Shown here one piece after another: positions 8,713-18,695 of a stretch of DNA of 41,884 bases. Where the stretch lies: positions 1 through 41,884 of the forward strand of contig JAUWRA010000002.1 of the NCBI GenBank assembly GCA_030610815.1. Reading direction: 5' to 3'. Every line of letters begins with the position of its first letter. The stretch's first letter is position 1. The translations under genes and the position numbers were made by a program. This DNA is from Methanosarcinales archaeon (GTDB taxonomy: Archaea; Halobacteriota; Methanosarcinia; Methanosarcinales; Methanocomedenaceae). The notes under the pieces are model-generated. The model saw only the letters and a program-made list of their open reading frames with translations, did no database searches and was not told where the DNA came from.

Positions 8713-9791
8713 TCAACATCGACGGCTCCTACGGTGAAGGCGGCGGCCAGATCATACGCACGGCTGTAGCACTGTCCGCTGTTACAGGAACTGAGGTAAC
8801 AATCAGCAATATCCGCAGCAACAGACCGAAACCCGGACTAAAGGCTCAGCATATGACTGCCATCAGGACGGCCGCTGACATGACCGGTGCCAGGTTATCG
8901 GGGCTGAAACCTGGTTCCACTGAACTCACATTTAGCCCTGGTGACATCTCGGGCGGTCATTACAACATAGATATCGGTACGGCAGGCAGTATCACACTAC
9001 TTCTCCAGTGCCTGATGCCTGTCGCCTCGGCAGCACAGGAACCAGTATCACTGGATATCACCGGCGGCACTGATGTGGCATGGTCACCTCCTATTGATTA
9101 TATAGCCCATGTGCTGCTGCCGGTACTTGCAGCTATGGGATTAAAGTGTAATATCAAGCTTCAACGCCGGGGTTACTATCCCAGGGGCGGCGGAAGGGTC
9201 ACTGCTATCATTCACCCGTCAGCATTGCGGGCTGTGGACCTGGATAAAGAGAAAGTGACGGATACGGAGAAGGAGGAGGAGATGGAGAAGGATACGGAGA
9301 AGGAGATAGAGAAGGAGTGGGAGGGGGGGAAGGAGAAAGAACCCTGTACAGTTTCAGGCATTTCGCATAGTTCAAACCTGCCGCCACACGTTATGCAGCG
9401 GCAGGCAGATGCAGCGGCAGCAGCACTGGAAAAGGCAGGCTATAGTTCATCCATTGATACATGGGCGGCCAACTCCCCATCTACCGGCAGCGGAATAACC
9501 CTTTGGTATGGGTATACCGGCGGCAGTGCCCTGGGCAAGCGGGGGCTGCCTGCCGAGAAGGTAGGCAAGGCTGCTGCTGGAGAGATAATTACAGAACTGG
9601 GCTCGGGGGCTGCGGTGGACGTGCACCTTGCCGACCAGTTGATTCCGTACATGGGGCTTGCCGGGGGCGGTAGCTTCACGGTTCGGGAGGTGTCCGGGCA
9701 TACCAGGACAAATATATGGGTAGTGGAGCAGTTTTTGGGAGTGGAGTTCAGGATAGAAGAAAAAAAGGATGTTTTCAAAATATCATTATGA
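8709..9791 (+). CDS. rtcA: RNA 3'-terminal phosphate cyclase
   Basis: IDGSYGEGGGQIIR, RPKPGL, GGTDV-WSP, RGYYPRGGG, catalytic DVHLADQL. Confidence 0.95.
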   Translation: MINIDGSYGEGGGQIIRTAVALSAVTGTEVTISNIRSNRPKPGLKAQHMTAIRTAADMTGARLSGLKPGSTELTFSPGDISGGHYNIDIGTAGSITLLLQCLMPVASAAQEPVSLDITGGTDVAWSPPIDYIAHVLLPVLAAMGLKCNIKLQRRGYYPRGGGRVTAIIHPSALRAVDLDKEKVTDTEKEEEMEKDTEKEIEKEWEGGKEKEPCTVSGISHSSNLPPHVMQRQADAAAAALEKAGYSSSIDTWAANSPSTGSGITLWYGYTGGSALGKRGLPAEKVGKAAAGEIITELGSGAAVDVHLADQLIPYMGLAGGGSFTVREVSGHTRTNIWVVEQFLGVEFRIEEKKDVFKISL

Positions 9792-10412
9792 TTCCGGCTC
9801 GGTGATTTCCAGGTACTCGGGCGGTATCTCCTCAGACAGCACGATATACTTGTTCACCACCATCATTTCCACACCACCTTCCATAGCAGCAAAGGCATCC
9901 ACCCTGAAGATAACCGGATTCTCAGTATGTACACTGGCAGCCTCCACGGCCTTCTCATAAGTGGAACTCTGGTGCACATATCTCTGGCGCACAGGCCTGA
10001 TTCCCATCTCCTGTATCATATCTGCTTCTTCCTGGCTGGCACCGTAATATACAAACTCCAGGTCGTTCTCAGGAAAATCCAGGTCAATGTTAACCGAGTG
10101 TCCGTATCTGGCCCTGATATTTTTGCCTGATAGCTGGTATCTGTCCTTCTTATCAGATTCCACCATTGCCATCAACCTGTTATGGGATGCCCAGGGATAT
10201 CTTGTCATCATAACATCCACCAGCACATCAATATCTACCCAACCATGCTGGTTCATGGCCAGCCCAAGGTCATCCGGAAAATGCCGCAATGCTCCGGAAA
10301 GGAACCGACCCATTCGTTCAGTGCGCTCATCATCCAGCACATAACTGCCAGCCTCGCCGCATTGACATACTTCTCCTCTGAAAAAACCATGTTTCGGACA
10401 CTTTCGTATCAT
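9786..10412 (-). CDS. kptA: RNA 2'-phosphotransferase (Tpt1/KptA)
   Basis: N-terminal C-x-x-H...C-x-C; LSGALRH, K-x-RY, IRARYGHS, RYVH motifs. Confidence 0.92.
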   Translation of the reverse strand: MIRKCPKHGFFRGEVCQCGEAGSYVLDDERTERMGRFLSGALRHFPDDLGLAMNQHGWVDIDVLVDVMMTRYPWASHNRLMAMVESDKKDRYQLSGKNIRARYGHSVNIDLDFPENDLEFVYYGASQEEADMIQEMGIRPVRQRYVHQSSTYEKAVEAASVHTENPVIFRVDAFAAMEGGVEMMVVNKYIVLSEEIPPEYLEITEPES

Positions 10413-10465
10413 ACAACCAGCAATATTATTAATACATCTTATAAACCTTATTAATCGTTTGAAAA

Positions 10466-10507
10466 AACAATGTATATTTTAACATTGTAACAAATATAAC
10501 ATTGTAA
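10466..10507. promoter_or_regulatory. Candidate operator array between divergent kptA and acdA
   Basis: TAACATTGTAA at 10480 and 10497, plus inverted ACAATGT at 10467. Confidence 0.4.
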
Positions 10508-10553
10508 TAACTGCATGAACTTGTGGATGTGAGATTCCCCTGACTATCAAAAA

Positions 10554-11966
10554 ATGGGTCTAATATCGACCGAACGTGAACTATATGGAGAAATACAACT
10601 GACGTTAAAAGCAATATTCGAACCGGAATCTATAGCCGTTATCGGGGCATCGGCAACACCAGGTAAATGGGGTTATACCATACTGAAGAACATGCTGGGC
10701 AATGGGTTTCCCGGTCCTGTATATCCTGTGAACCCGAAGGCAACGGACATACTTGAGCAGACATGTTATCCTTCTGTGCTGGATATACCGGGTCCTGTTG
10801 ACCTGGCAGTTATCGTTGTACCCATATCCCATGCACTTGCAGTAACAGAAGAATGCGGCAAGAAGGGAGTTAAAGGCATTATCATGGTCACCGCAGGGTT
10901 CAGCGAAGTGGGTGGCGAGGGTAAGCAGCTTGAAGAACAGTTGATGGGGATTGTTGACCGATACGGCATAAGGCTGATCGGCCCGAACACATTGGGAGTG
11001 GTCAATGCCCATGCAGGCATGAATGCCAGCATTATCTCCAAACTACCTGCAAAGGGTGGGATATCCTTTATCACCCAGAGCGGTACACTGGGACTGGCCC
11101 TGGCTGACTGGACAATGGAGATGGGGATCGGCCTGAATATCGTGGTAAGCACTGGCAACAAGGCCAATGTTGATGATGTGGACTTACTGGAATATCTTGT
11201 TGATGACAAACAGACAGATGTGATCGCAATGTACATTGAGGGTATCGATCACGGTCGGGAGTTTATGGAACTGGCCAAGGGCATATCCAAACCCATTCTT
11301 GCGGTAAAGGCTGGCCGGACCCGGAGCGGTTCAAAGGCCGTATTCTCACACACAGGTAGTCTGGCAGGCTCGGATGATGTTTATAGTGCCGCTTTCAAAC
11401 AGGCAGGTATTATCAGGATCGAGAATATTGATGATCTTTTTGATTCTGCACTGGCCCTTTCGGTCCAGCCCGCACCCGTGGGCAACAGGGTGGGAATAAT
11501 TTCCAATGGCGGCGGTGCCAGTATCATAGCATCTGACACATGTGAACGTCTGGGTTTGACAATACCGGGCCTTGAGCCAGGGACAAGAGCCAGTATCAAG
11601 GAACTGGTCCCAAAGTTCGCATCATACAGCAATCCGGTAGATACGGCCGGACTGGCATCCTACGAGACCTATAACGGTATCGTCAAACATATGTTGCGTG
11701 ACCCCAATATCGATGCGTTGATCGTAATCTATGTGCATACCGTGATGTGGGATTCACGCATTCCGGCAAATGCCATTGTAGATATTCACCGCGATAGATG
11801 TATTAAACCAGTAATAACATGCTGGCTTGGAGGTGCGGGCACAGAAGCGGGGATAGATATTTTAAAAACTGGCGGTCTTCCCAATTACCCTGTACCCGAA
11901 AGGGCTGTTAAGGCCCTGGCATCCCTGGTCAAGCATCATGGGTTTTTAGAGAAGGTGAAGGAATGA
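10554..11966 (+). CDS. acdA: ADP-forming acetate/acyl-CoA synthetase alpha subunit
   Basis: FEPESIAVIGAS...GKWG, IGPNTLG, SQSG-like TQSG, phospho-His motif SHTGSLAG, NGGG, NPVD. True start uncertain; CTG 10599 has GGAG upstream. Confidence 0.9.
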   Translation: MGLISTERELYGEIQLTLKAIFEPESIAVIGASATPGKWGYTILKNMLGNGFPGPVYPVNPKATDILEQTCYPSVLDIPGPVDLAVIVVPISHALAVTEECGKKGVKGIIMVTAGFSEVGGEGKQLEEQLMGIVDRYGIRLIGPNTLGVVNAHAGMNASIISKLPAKGGISFITQSGTLGLALADWTMEMGIGLNIVVSTGNKANVDDVDLLEYLVDDKQTDVIAMYIEGIDHGREFMELAKGISKPILAVKAGRTRSGSKAVFSHTGSLAGSDDVYSAAFKQAGIIRIENIDDLFDSALALSVQPAPVGNRVGIISNGGGASIIASDTCERLGLTIPGLEPGTRASIKELVPKFASYSNPVDTAGLASYETYNGIVKHMLRDPNIDALIVIYVHTVMWDSRIPANAIVDIHRDRCIKPVITCWLGGAGTEAGIDILKTGGLPNYPVPERAVKALASLVKHHGFLEKVKE

Positions 11967-12610
11967 ACGGGAATGAGGAACGGCTCTGGAAATTGTTAAG
12001 TGACTGGAATATTCCCGTGCTCCCAACGGCTGCAGTATCTTCACCCGGGGCTGCAGTGGAAGTGGCCAAAACCCTGGGTCATCCTGTTGTAATGAAACTC
12101 CTTTCTCCTGATATCACTCATAAAAGCGATGTGGGTGGCGTTATACTTGACCTGGGTTCGGATAAGGAGGTAAAGGATGCATATCATGGGATGATGAAGT
12201 CTGTGAAACAGCACCTGCCGGAAGCCAGGATCGAAGGAGTAGTACTGCAGAAGATGGCCGAACCCGGACTTGAAGTGATTGTCGGTGCTAAACTGGACCC
12301 TCAGTTCGGTCATGTGATCATGTTCGGCCTGGGTGGTATATTTGTGGAGATATGCAGGGATGTTTCCTTCAGGGTTACACCAGTGGACAGGGAGATGGCA
12401 CGGGAGATGGTATTGGAGATTAAGGGCAGTCCTATCATTGAAGGTACGAGAGGCAGGGAACCTGCTGATCTGGAAGCCATTATTGATGTGATCACTGTAT
12501 TATCCTCTATGCTTGAGAAGAATCCTGATATTACTGAGATTGATATTAACCCGTTGATCGTGTATTCTCGGGGCTCGGTAGCAGTGGATGCAAGGATGCT
12601 TACAAAATGA
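11963..12610 (+). CDS. acdB: ADP-forming acyl-CoA synthetase beta subunit (ATP-grasp)
   Basis: PVVMK..SPDITHKSDVGGV, DPQFG..IMFGLGGIFVE, EIDINPL; ATGA overlap with acdA. Confidence 0.9.
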   Translation: MNGNEERLWKLLSDWNIPVLPTAAVSSPGAAVEVAKTLGHPVVMKLLSPDITHKSDVGGVILDLGSDKEVKDAYHGMMKSVKQHLPEARIEGVVLQKMAEPGLEVIVGAKLDPQFGHVIMFGLGGIFVEICRDVSFRVTPVDREMAREMVLEIKGSPIIEGTRGREPADLEAIIDVITVLSSMLEKNPDITEIDINPLIVYSRGSVAVDARMLTK

Positions 12611-12732
12611 TTAAATATTGGTTTTTCAATGTATAGGAAATTATATCTTTTCTTGAAAGGTTTCATCAGTAAAATATATGTAGAATAGCTGAAAATTATT
12701 ATTACCCATATTGATTTCAGTGAGGTGGCGAA

Positions 12733-13002
12733 ATGGAAAATGACGATGTAGTATATGTCGGTAACAAACCAGTGATGAACTATGTACTTGCAGTGGTAAC
12801 CCAGTTCAATAGTGGTACCAATAAAGTAACTATCAAAGCACGCGGCAGGGCCATTTCAAGAGCTGTTGATGTTGCGGAAGTGGTGAGGAACAGGTTCCTT
12901 GATAATGTGGAAGTGAAGGATATTCTCATATCCACAGAAAAGGTAACATCGGACCGCGGCGAAACCAACGTATCAGCAATGGAAATAACAATAGGGAAGT
13001 AG
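12733..13002 (+). CDS. albA: DNA/RNA-binding protein Alba
   Basis: [15 protein letters not shown]...[16 protein letters not shown]. Confidence 0.97.
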   Translation: MENDDVVYVGNKPVMNYVLAVVTQFNSGTNKVTIKARGRAISRAVDVAEVVRNRFLDNVEVKDILISTEKVTSDRGETNVSAMEITIGK

Positions 13003-13041
13003 TATTATTTTATATTTTATTCGCTCAAAGCATCAGGTTCC

Positions 13042-13602
13042 ATGAAAATAGAGATACTATCCGGCACCCTGGATTATGACGGCTCCCAGATAGAGCCGCT
13101 GTGGGCATATTCAAAAGATATTCCCGGGGACAGCATTGTGTTGTTCAGGGGGGCTATGGATATTCCGGATTCAAATATCAAGGACCTGGAAGACCTGCAA
13201 AATAATCTAGCTATCAAGGGCGGGGATATGCTGCACTTCATAGTTGAGCGGTTCGATTCTCCGGGCAGCATAAGGCTTGCATATTATATGCAGCGCTTGC
13301 TGGTTGTCTGTGCTAAAGATGTCTTATTTCACCACGGCATAGAATCGATACGCAACGGTGATGATCTTTTTATTGGTAGTGGTAAATTGACTGTTAGCAT
13401 AGCATCTGCGGGGATTTCCTCTGAGAAAATACATTTAGGCATTAATATTTCATGTAATGGCACGCCTCCAGATGTGGAAATTGCCTGTCTGACAGATCTG
13501 GGCATTACTGATTTTATGGGCATGGGGACGGAGATTGCCACTGCTTTTGCAGCCGAAGTCGATGATATAGAGTCTGACATTGTGAAAACAAAGGGACTTT
13601 GA
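13042..13602 (+). CDS. DUF366 family protein (biotin/lipoate-ligase-like fold)
   Basis: YDGSQI-x-PLWA, DLED, MLHFIVE-x-FD, QRLL, GDDL...KLTVSIA, KIHLGIN. Confidence 0.8.
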   Translation: MKIEILSGTLDYDGSQIEPLWAYSKDIPGDSIVLFRGAMDIPDSNIKDLEDLQNNLAIKGGDMLHFIVERFDSPGSIRLAYYMQRLLVVCAKDVLFHHGIESIRNGDDLFIGSGKLTVSIASAGISSEKIHLGINISCNGTPPDVEIACLTDLGITDFMGMGTEIATAFAAEVDDIESDIVKTKGL

Positions 13603-13804
13603 CCTGACCATTTCAGTACATAAAGTATGACTTTGTATACTCAAGTTAATCCAACTGACAAGAGGATTTTCTTGTTGGGATTATAAGTTTAACCTGCTAT
13701 TCTCGATAACGAAACACGGGACCATTAAAATCTCATGAACATTTCATAACATTTTTATACATAGAATTTAACTCTCAATATCGAAAGGACATATAGGTGA
13801 TGAT

Positions 13805-14203
13805 ATGGAGGAAATTATTGATAATTTTATACCTGTAGCTATTTTCATTCTATTTGGTTTAGTAATACCCTTGGCAATAATGTTTATTGTAAAGCAGATA
13901 TCGCCGAGGAGCAAGACGCTAGCTAAGTTCACAACCTATGAAAGTGGTTCTGTGCCCACCGGTAGTGCGAACATGATGTTCAATGTCGAATATTACGCAT
14001 ATGCAATACTTTTTGTATTGTTTGATGTTGAATTGTTGTTCCTTTATCCATGGGTTACTGTTTATGTGAATGAAGCTGTGATTACATCTACACCAGGTTT
14101 TACTACAGGATTTAGCATTTTAGCGATGGTATTGTTTATGATTGTTGTACTATTAGGACTTATATATGAATGGAAGAAGGGGGTCTTGGAATGGGTGAGA
14201 TAA
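13805..14203 (+). CDS. fpoA: F420H2:phenazine oxidoreductase subunit A
   Basis: YESG, FNVEYY-x-x-AILFVLFDVE, YEWKKGVLEW. Confidence 0.95.
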   Translation: MEEIIDNFIPVAIFILFGLVIPLAIMFIVKQISPRSKTLAKFTTYESGSVPTGSANMMFNVEYYAYAILFVLFDVELLFLYPWVTVYVNEAVITSTPGFTTGFSILAMVLFMIVVLLGLIYEWKKGVLEWVR

Positions 14204-14733
14204 AGACAGAGCTTCCACCGAATGTGGTGGTCACTACTAACAGTGCAATAAATGAGTTCATTAAAAATTCACCGCTCCAGAAAATTGTAAACTGGGGTAG
14301 AAAGAACTCGTTATGGTTTATGACCCATCCAATGGGTTGCTGCGGAATTGAACAAATATGCGTAGGTGTAGCCCATTATGATACAGATAGGTTTGGTATC
14401 ATCCCGAGGTGTTCCCCGAGACAGGCTGATGTAATGATGATCAGTGGTTATGTTAGCAAGAAATATCTACCTGCTCTAAAAAGGGTATGGGACCAGATGT
14501 TAGAACCTAGGTGGATATTGATGATGGGTGAGTGTGCAATCTCCGGTGGTCCCTGGTGGGAATCATATAGTACAGTCACGCATCTTGATGAAATATTCCC
14601 TGTGGATATTTATATTCCCGGTTGTCCGCCAAGACCCGAAGCCCTTTTGCAGGGATTCATTGAACTTCAGAAAAAGATCGTGGCTGAGCAAGACAGGACT
14701 GTAATACCAAATCCAGGAGAAGGTGGTGAGTAA
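14191..14733 (+). CDS. fpoB: Fpo subunit B
   Basis: GCCGIE, SPRQAD, GECAISGG, YIPGCPPRPEA. Confidence 0.95.
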   Translation: MGEIKTELPPNVVVTTNSAINEFIKNSPLQKIVNWGRKNSLWFMTHPMGCCGIEQICVGVAHYDTDRFGIIPRCSPRQADVMMISGYVSKKYLPALKRVWDQMLEPRWILMMGECAISGGPWWESYSTVTHLDEIFPVDIYIPGCPPRPEALLQGFIELQKKIVAEQDRTVIPNPGEGGE

Positions 14734-14736
14734 AAT

Positions 14737-15204
14737 ATGGGAGATGAAAAGATCGATAAAACCATCATGATTGAACTGTCAAATACGTTCAAGGATGCAG
14801 TTTCTGATGTGGATGTCCCCTCACCTAACAGGGCGGTAGCAAGAATAGATCCAGGTAAAGTAAAAGAGATCATGCAGTTTTTACTTGACAACGGTTTCGA
14901 CCATCTTTCCTGTATATCAGGTGTGGATTATCCTCCTGATAAGATAGAGGTGGTATATCATGTCACATCATATTCGGCACCGTTGGTCATAACATTAAAA
15001 GCTTCAGTACCAAGAGATGATCCGAAAATAGATTCACTATGTGGTATCTACTGGAATGCAAACTGGTATGAACGGGAAACGTATGAACTTTATGGGATCA
15101 AATTTACTGATTGTCCGTATATGAAGGTCCTATTGCTGATAGACGAAATGGAAGGAGAATGGCCACTGCGTAAAGATTACGCTGGGTATCCCGATCTAAC
15201 ATAG
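14737..15204 (+). CDS. fpoC: Fpo subunit C
   Basis: FDHLSCISGVDY, ANWYERETYELYGI-x-F, PLRKDY. Confidence 0.95.
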   Translation: MGDEKIDKTIMIELSNTFKDAVSDVDVPSPNRAVARIDPGKVKEIMQFLLDNGFDHLSCISGVDYPPDKIEVVYHVTSYSAPLVITLKASVPRDDPKIDSLCGIYWNANWYERETYELYGIKFTDCPYMKVLLLIDEMEGEWPLRKDYAGYPDLT

Positions 15205-15214
15205 GTGATGAACA

Positions 15215-16345
15215 ATGACACATGAAGCAACTCAAATCACTTCCCCACCCAAACCATCTGAGATACTCCTGCATCTCGGACCACAGCATCCGCTGCAGCC
15301 TGGTCCTTTTTTGCTTGATCTGAAGATAGAGGGTGAAACAATAAGGGAAGCCGAACTCAAGATAGGTTATATTCATAAAGGTATGGAAAAGGTGTTTGAA
15401 GACAGGACATATCTCCAGATCCTTCCGCTGACAGACAGGATATGTTATCTTGCCTCTAATTCCAACAACGATGTCTACTGCCGTGGTGTTGAGGAACTGT
15501 TGGGCATAGAACCTACAGACCGTGCCATGTATCTTAGGGTAATAACCAATGAGCTTTGCAGATTACAGAGCCATCTGTTAGGAATAGGTGAATTTACCAC
15601 AGATGTAGGCTTTTTGACCATGTTCATCTATATGGTCAGGGAGCGAGAAGGGGTTGTATCCCTGCTGGAAGCTATTACAGGTTCAAGACTGAACCACAAT
15701 TATGCAAGGTTTGGCGGGGTAGCGAACGACCTGCCGCCAGGCTATAAGGAGATGGCATTAAAAACCCTGGGAGAACTGAAGAAACAGGTCAAATCCCATG
15801 ATGCGATGCTGTCCAGTGATTCGATCTACCTCAGAAGGACTAAAGGTGTAGGAGTATTAACTGCTAAAGAAGCCGGCGAACTTGGAGTGGCAGGACCGCC
15901 TTTAAGGGCCGCAGGCGTGGAGTATGACCTAAGGCGTATGGAACCTTATCTGGTATATGATGATCTTGATTTTAAGGTAATCACCCAGACTGATGGTGAT
16001 GTATTTGCACGGGTCAAAGTAAGATTACTGGAGATGCTTGAGAGTATCTATATTATTGAGCAGTGTCTGGACCAGATGCCTTCAGGTCCGTATAAGCAGG
16101 ATGTAACACCATATATCACGCGCCCCAAATCCGGAGAGGTGTATCCCCGTATTGAAGATCCGAGAGGAGAGATGGGAATGTACATAATTTCTGATGGTTC
16201 CGATAAACCATATCGTTTCAGGATCAGGGGTCCTGCTTTTGCTACGGCACAGGCACTTCCGCCATTATTGGTGGGAACATACGTAGCTGATGTGGCAGCC
16301 ATAGCAGCAAGTATGGATTCATGTACCAGTGAGGTAGATCGGTAG
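15215..16345 (+). CDS. fpoD: Fpo subunit D
   Basis: GPQHP, GYIHKGMEK, DRICY, PRGE, C-terminal EVDR; no Ni-binding CxxC pairs. Confidence 0.95.
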   Translation: MTHEATQITSPPKPSEILLHLGPQHPLQPGPFLLDLKIEGETIREAELKIGYIHKGMEKVFEDRTYLQILPLTDRICYLASNSNNDVYCRGVEELLGIEPTDRAMYLRVITNELCRLQSHLLGIGEFTTDVGFLTMFIYMVREREGVVSLLEAITGSRLNHNYARFGGVANDLPPGYKEMALKTLGELKKQVKSHDAMLSSDSIYLRRTKGVGVLTAKEAGELGVAGPPLRAAGVEYDLRRMEPYLVYDDLDFKVITQTDGDVFARVKVRLLEMLESIYIIEQCLDQMPSGPYKQDVTPYITRPKSGEVYPRIEDPRGEMGMYIISDGSDKPYRFRIRGPAFATAQALPPLLVGTYVADVAAIAASMDSCTSEVDR

Positions 16346-16358
16346 GGAGGTGTAATTT

Positions 16359-17420
16359 ATGGGAATTGTAGAAATATATGAAATTATTATGGATACTCTT
16401 GTTTTTATTTTTGCAACCAATCCATTTTCGCCCTGGATCAGGGGTGTTCTTGGCGGGCTTGTGATAGGAGCTGTGTTCGGCGGAGCTCTTGTAATGGTAT
16501 ATCTTGAGCGTAAGTTCCTGGGAGATATGCAATCCAGGATTGGTCCTAATCGGGTAGGCGGTCGATTTGGTGTATTGCAGTTGATAGCAGATGCTATCAA
16601 ACTATTCACTAAAGAAGATATTATACCTGCCAAGGCCGATAAATGGTTATTTATAGGTGCACCGATTGTTGCACTCACGTCAGGTTTTTTGATGGTGGCA
16701 GTAATCCCCTTTGATCTCCTAATAATCAAAGGGAACGAATATGCAGTAGCAGTATCCCGAATGGATATCAGTATCCTGTATATTGAAGCTGTATCCGGGT
16801 TGGCCATCTTTGCTACATTTATGGCAGGATGGGGTTCAAGCAGTAAATATGCAGTGCTTGCTGCGTTCAGGAACGTAGCAAAGATGATCGGTTACGAAAT
16901 TCCAATGGGTATTTCTATTCTTAGTGTGGCAGTAATGGCGTATTCACTGGATATCGTTGAAATAGTGGAAGCCCAGTCAAGTATATGGTTCATTATTGCA
17001 CAGCCGTTGGGTTTTGTAATATTCTTCATAGCCTTGTTGGCTGATGTGGGACGAATACCCTTTGACCAAACTGAAGCAGAAGAAGAACTCGTCGCAGGAT
17101 GGGCTACGGAATACAGCGGGATGAGATGGGGGCTGGCATTCTTTGCTGAATATCTCCATGCAGTTGTGGGCTCCTTCATTGTTACCCTGATATTCCTGGG
17201 TGGATGGAATGGTCTCCCGTTTGTTGGCAATCTATACATTCCAGGAATCTTCTGGGTGATTGCCAAGACAATAATAGTGATGATGCTTTTCATATGGATC
17301 AGAGCTGCCCTGCCAAGATACAGGATCGACCAAGTCATCGATATAGGTTGGAAGGTATTAATTCCACTTGCTTTGCTGAACCTTGTATGGTCAACTATCA
17401 TAGGATTAATGTGGGCCTAG
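16359..17420 (+). CDS. fpoH: Fpo subunit H
   Basis: ERK...Q-x-RIGPNRVG, ADAIKL-x-x-KED, RIPFD-x-x-EAEEELVAGW-x-TEYSG, PRYRIDQ. Confidence 0.95.
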   Translation: MGIVEIYEIIMDTLVFIFATNPFSPWIRGVLGGLVIGAVFGGALVMVYLERKFLGDMQSRIGPNRVGGRFGVLQLIADAIKLFTKEDIIPAKADKWLFIGAPIVALTSGFLMVAVIPFDLLIIKGNEYAVAVSRMDISILYIEAVSGLAIFATFMAGWGSSSKYAVLAAFRNVAKMIGYEIPMGISILSVAVMAYSLDIVEIVEAQSSIWFIIAQPLGFVIFFIALLADVGRIPFDQTEAEEELVAGWATEYSGMRWGLAFFAEYLHAVVGSFIVTLIFLGGWNGLPFVGNLYIPGIFWVIAKTIIVMMLFIWIRAALPRYRIDQVIDIGWKVLIPLALLNLVWSTIIGLMWA

Positions 17421-17432
17421 GAGGGGAAAAAG

Positions 17433-17828
17433 ATGGTATTAAAAAATTTACAAATAACTCTTCGCACTGTATATACAAAATCTGTAACGAGACTATATCC
17501 GGAAGAAATTATGGAACTGCCTGATGCATTCAGGGGGCAGCAACATTTGGATATGGATAAATGTGTAGGATGCGGTATATGTTCCCAGATGTGTCCCAAT
17601 GATGTTATTGAGATAGTTAAAAGCGGAAAATGGTATCCACAATTTGATAACGGGCATTGTATGTTCTGCGGACTATGTGTTGATTTTTGTCCGAATGGGG
17701 CATTGTCTATGACAAAACATTTTGAGATGGCTTGTTGGACCAAGGAAGAAACAATCTACAGCCCTGACCAGCTTGCAGCTCCGAATAAAGCCGAACTTGA
17801 AGGCAGGACAGGGGGGTATACGAAATGA
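17433..17828 (+). CDS. fpoI: Fpo subunit I (2x[4Fe-4S])
   Basis: CVGCGICSQMCP and CMFCGLCVDFCP. Confidence 0.95.
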   Translation: MVLKNLQITLRTVYTKSVTRLYPEEIMELPDAFRGQQHLDMDKCVGCGICSQMCPNDVIEIVKSGKWYPQFDNGHCMFCGLCVDFCPNGALSMTKHFEMACWTKEETIYSPDQLAAPNKAELEGRTGGYTK

Positions 17829-18082
17829 TAGACCTACAGATCATACCATTTGCAATTATATCAATAATCATGATCGGTTCATCCATCATGGTGGTAAAAT
17901 CAAAGGAAGTAGTACACAGTGCTTTCCATTGTGTTATAACTATGATGGCTGCTGCCGGATTTTATGTGTTGCTTAGTGCGCAGTTCATAGCTGTAGTGCA
18001 GATACTGGTGTATGTAGGAGCCATTGGTGTGATGATACTCTTTGCAGTAATGCTTACTACGAGAAACCAGGAGGTGGAGTGA
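17825..18082 (+). CDS. fpoJ1: Fpo subunit J1 (N-terminal half of NuoJ)
   Basis: LL-x-AQFIAVVQILVYVGAI; operon position. Confidence 0.9.
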   Translation: MIDLQIIPFAIISIIMIGSSIMVVKSKEVVHSAFHCVITMMAAAGFYVLLSAQFIAVVQILVYVGAIGVMILFAVMLTTRNQEVE

Positions 18083-18390
18083 TTATGGAACAATTACCAA
18101 GTAAAAGTTGGAATATAATTAACCTGGTGACTGCGCTTATGTTGATGGCAGTATTAGTATTTGCGATTGTTAGTGTTGTCGGATTAGGGCCTTTAGTGCC
18201 AAGCACTCTGCCAGAAAGTGTACCTATTGATTATACAGTCTGGGAAGACGGGTCAAGGGATGCAAGTGGGATTGAACATGTAGGAGGACTGTTGTTCACC
18301 AAATATGTAATCCCGTTTGAGGTCCTTGCACTGGTCCTGTTAGCGGCACTCTTAGGGAGTCTTTACATGGCCAAGAAGGAGGATGAGTAA
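18079..18390 (+). CDS. fpoJ2: Fpo subunit J2 (C-terminal half of NuoJ)
   Basis: LFTKYVIPFEVLALVLLAAL; ATG 18085 is an alternative start. Confidence 0.9.
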   Translation: MIMEQLPSKSWNIINLVTALMLMAVLVFAIVSVVGLGPLVPSTLPESVPIDYTVWEDGSRDASGIEHVGGLLFTKYVIPFEVLALVLLAALLGSLYMAKKEDE

Positions 18391-18692
18391 TGTTACCGGT
18401 CAGTTATTATCTAATTGTTGCAGCCATTGTGTTCTGCATTGGTGTTTATGGTGTGATGACATTAAGGTCAGGAATTATGATCATGATGTGTATAGAACTG
18501 ATGCTTAATGCAGCTAACATCAACCTGATAGCCTTTGCATCACATTTCAGCCAGGTGAACGGTCATGTTTTTGTACTGTTCAGCATTGCTTTGGCAGCGG
18601 CTGAAGCAGCTATTGGTTTTGCAATATTAATGAGTATATTCAGGTCTAAGAACAATGTCAATATCGACAATATCAACATCCTGAGGTGGTAA
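18390..18692 (+). CDS. fpoK: Fpo subunit K
   Basis: IELMLNAANINL, AAAEAAIG. Confidence 0.95.
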   Translation: MLPVSYYLIVAAIVFCIGVYGVMTLRSGIMIMMCIELMLNAANINLIAFASHFSQVNGHVFVLFSIALAAAEAAIGFAILMSIFRSKNNVNIDNINILRW

Positions 18693-18695
18693 GAT

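Noticed and set aside
15215-16345. [NiFe]-hydrogenase large subunit
   Set aside because: No Ni-ligating CxxC pairs; context is the fpo operon.
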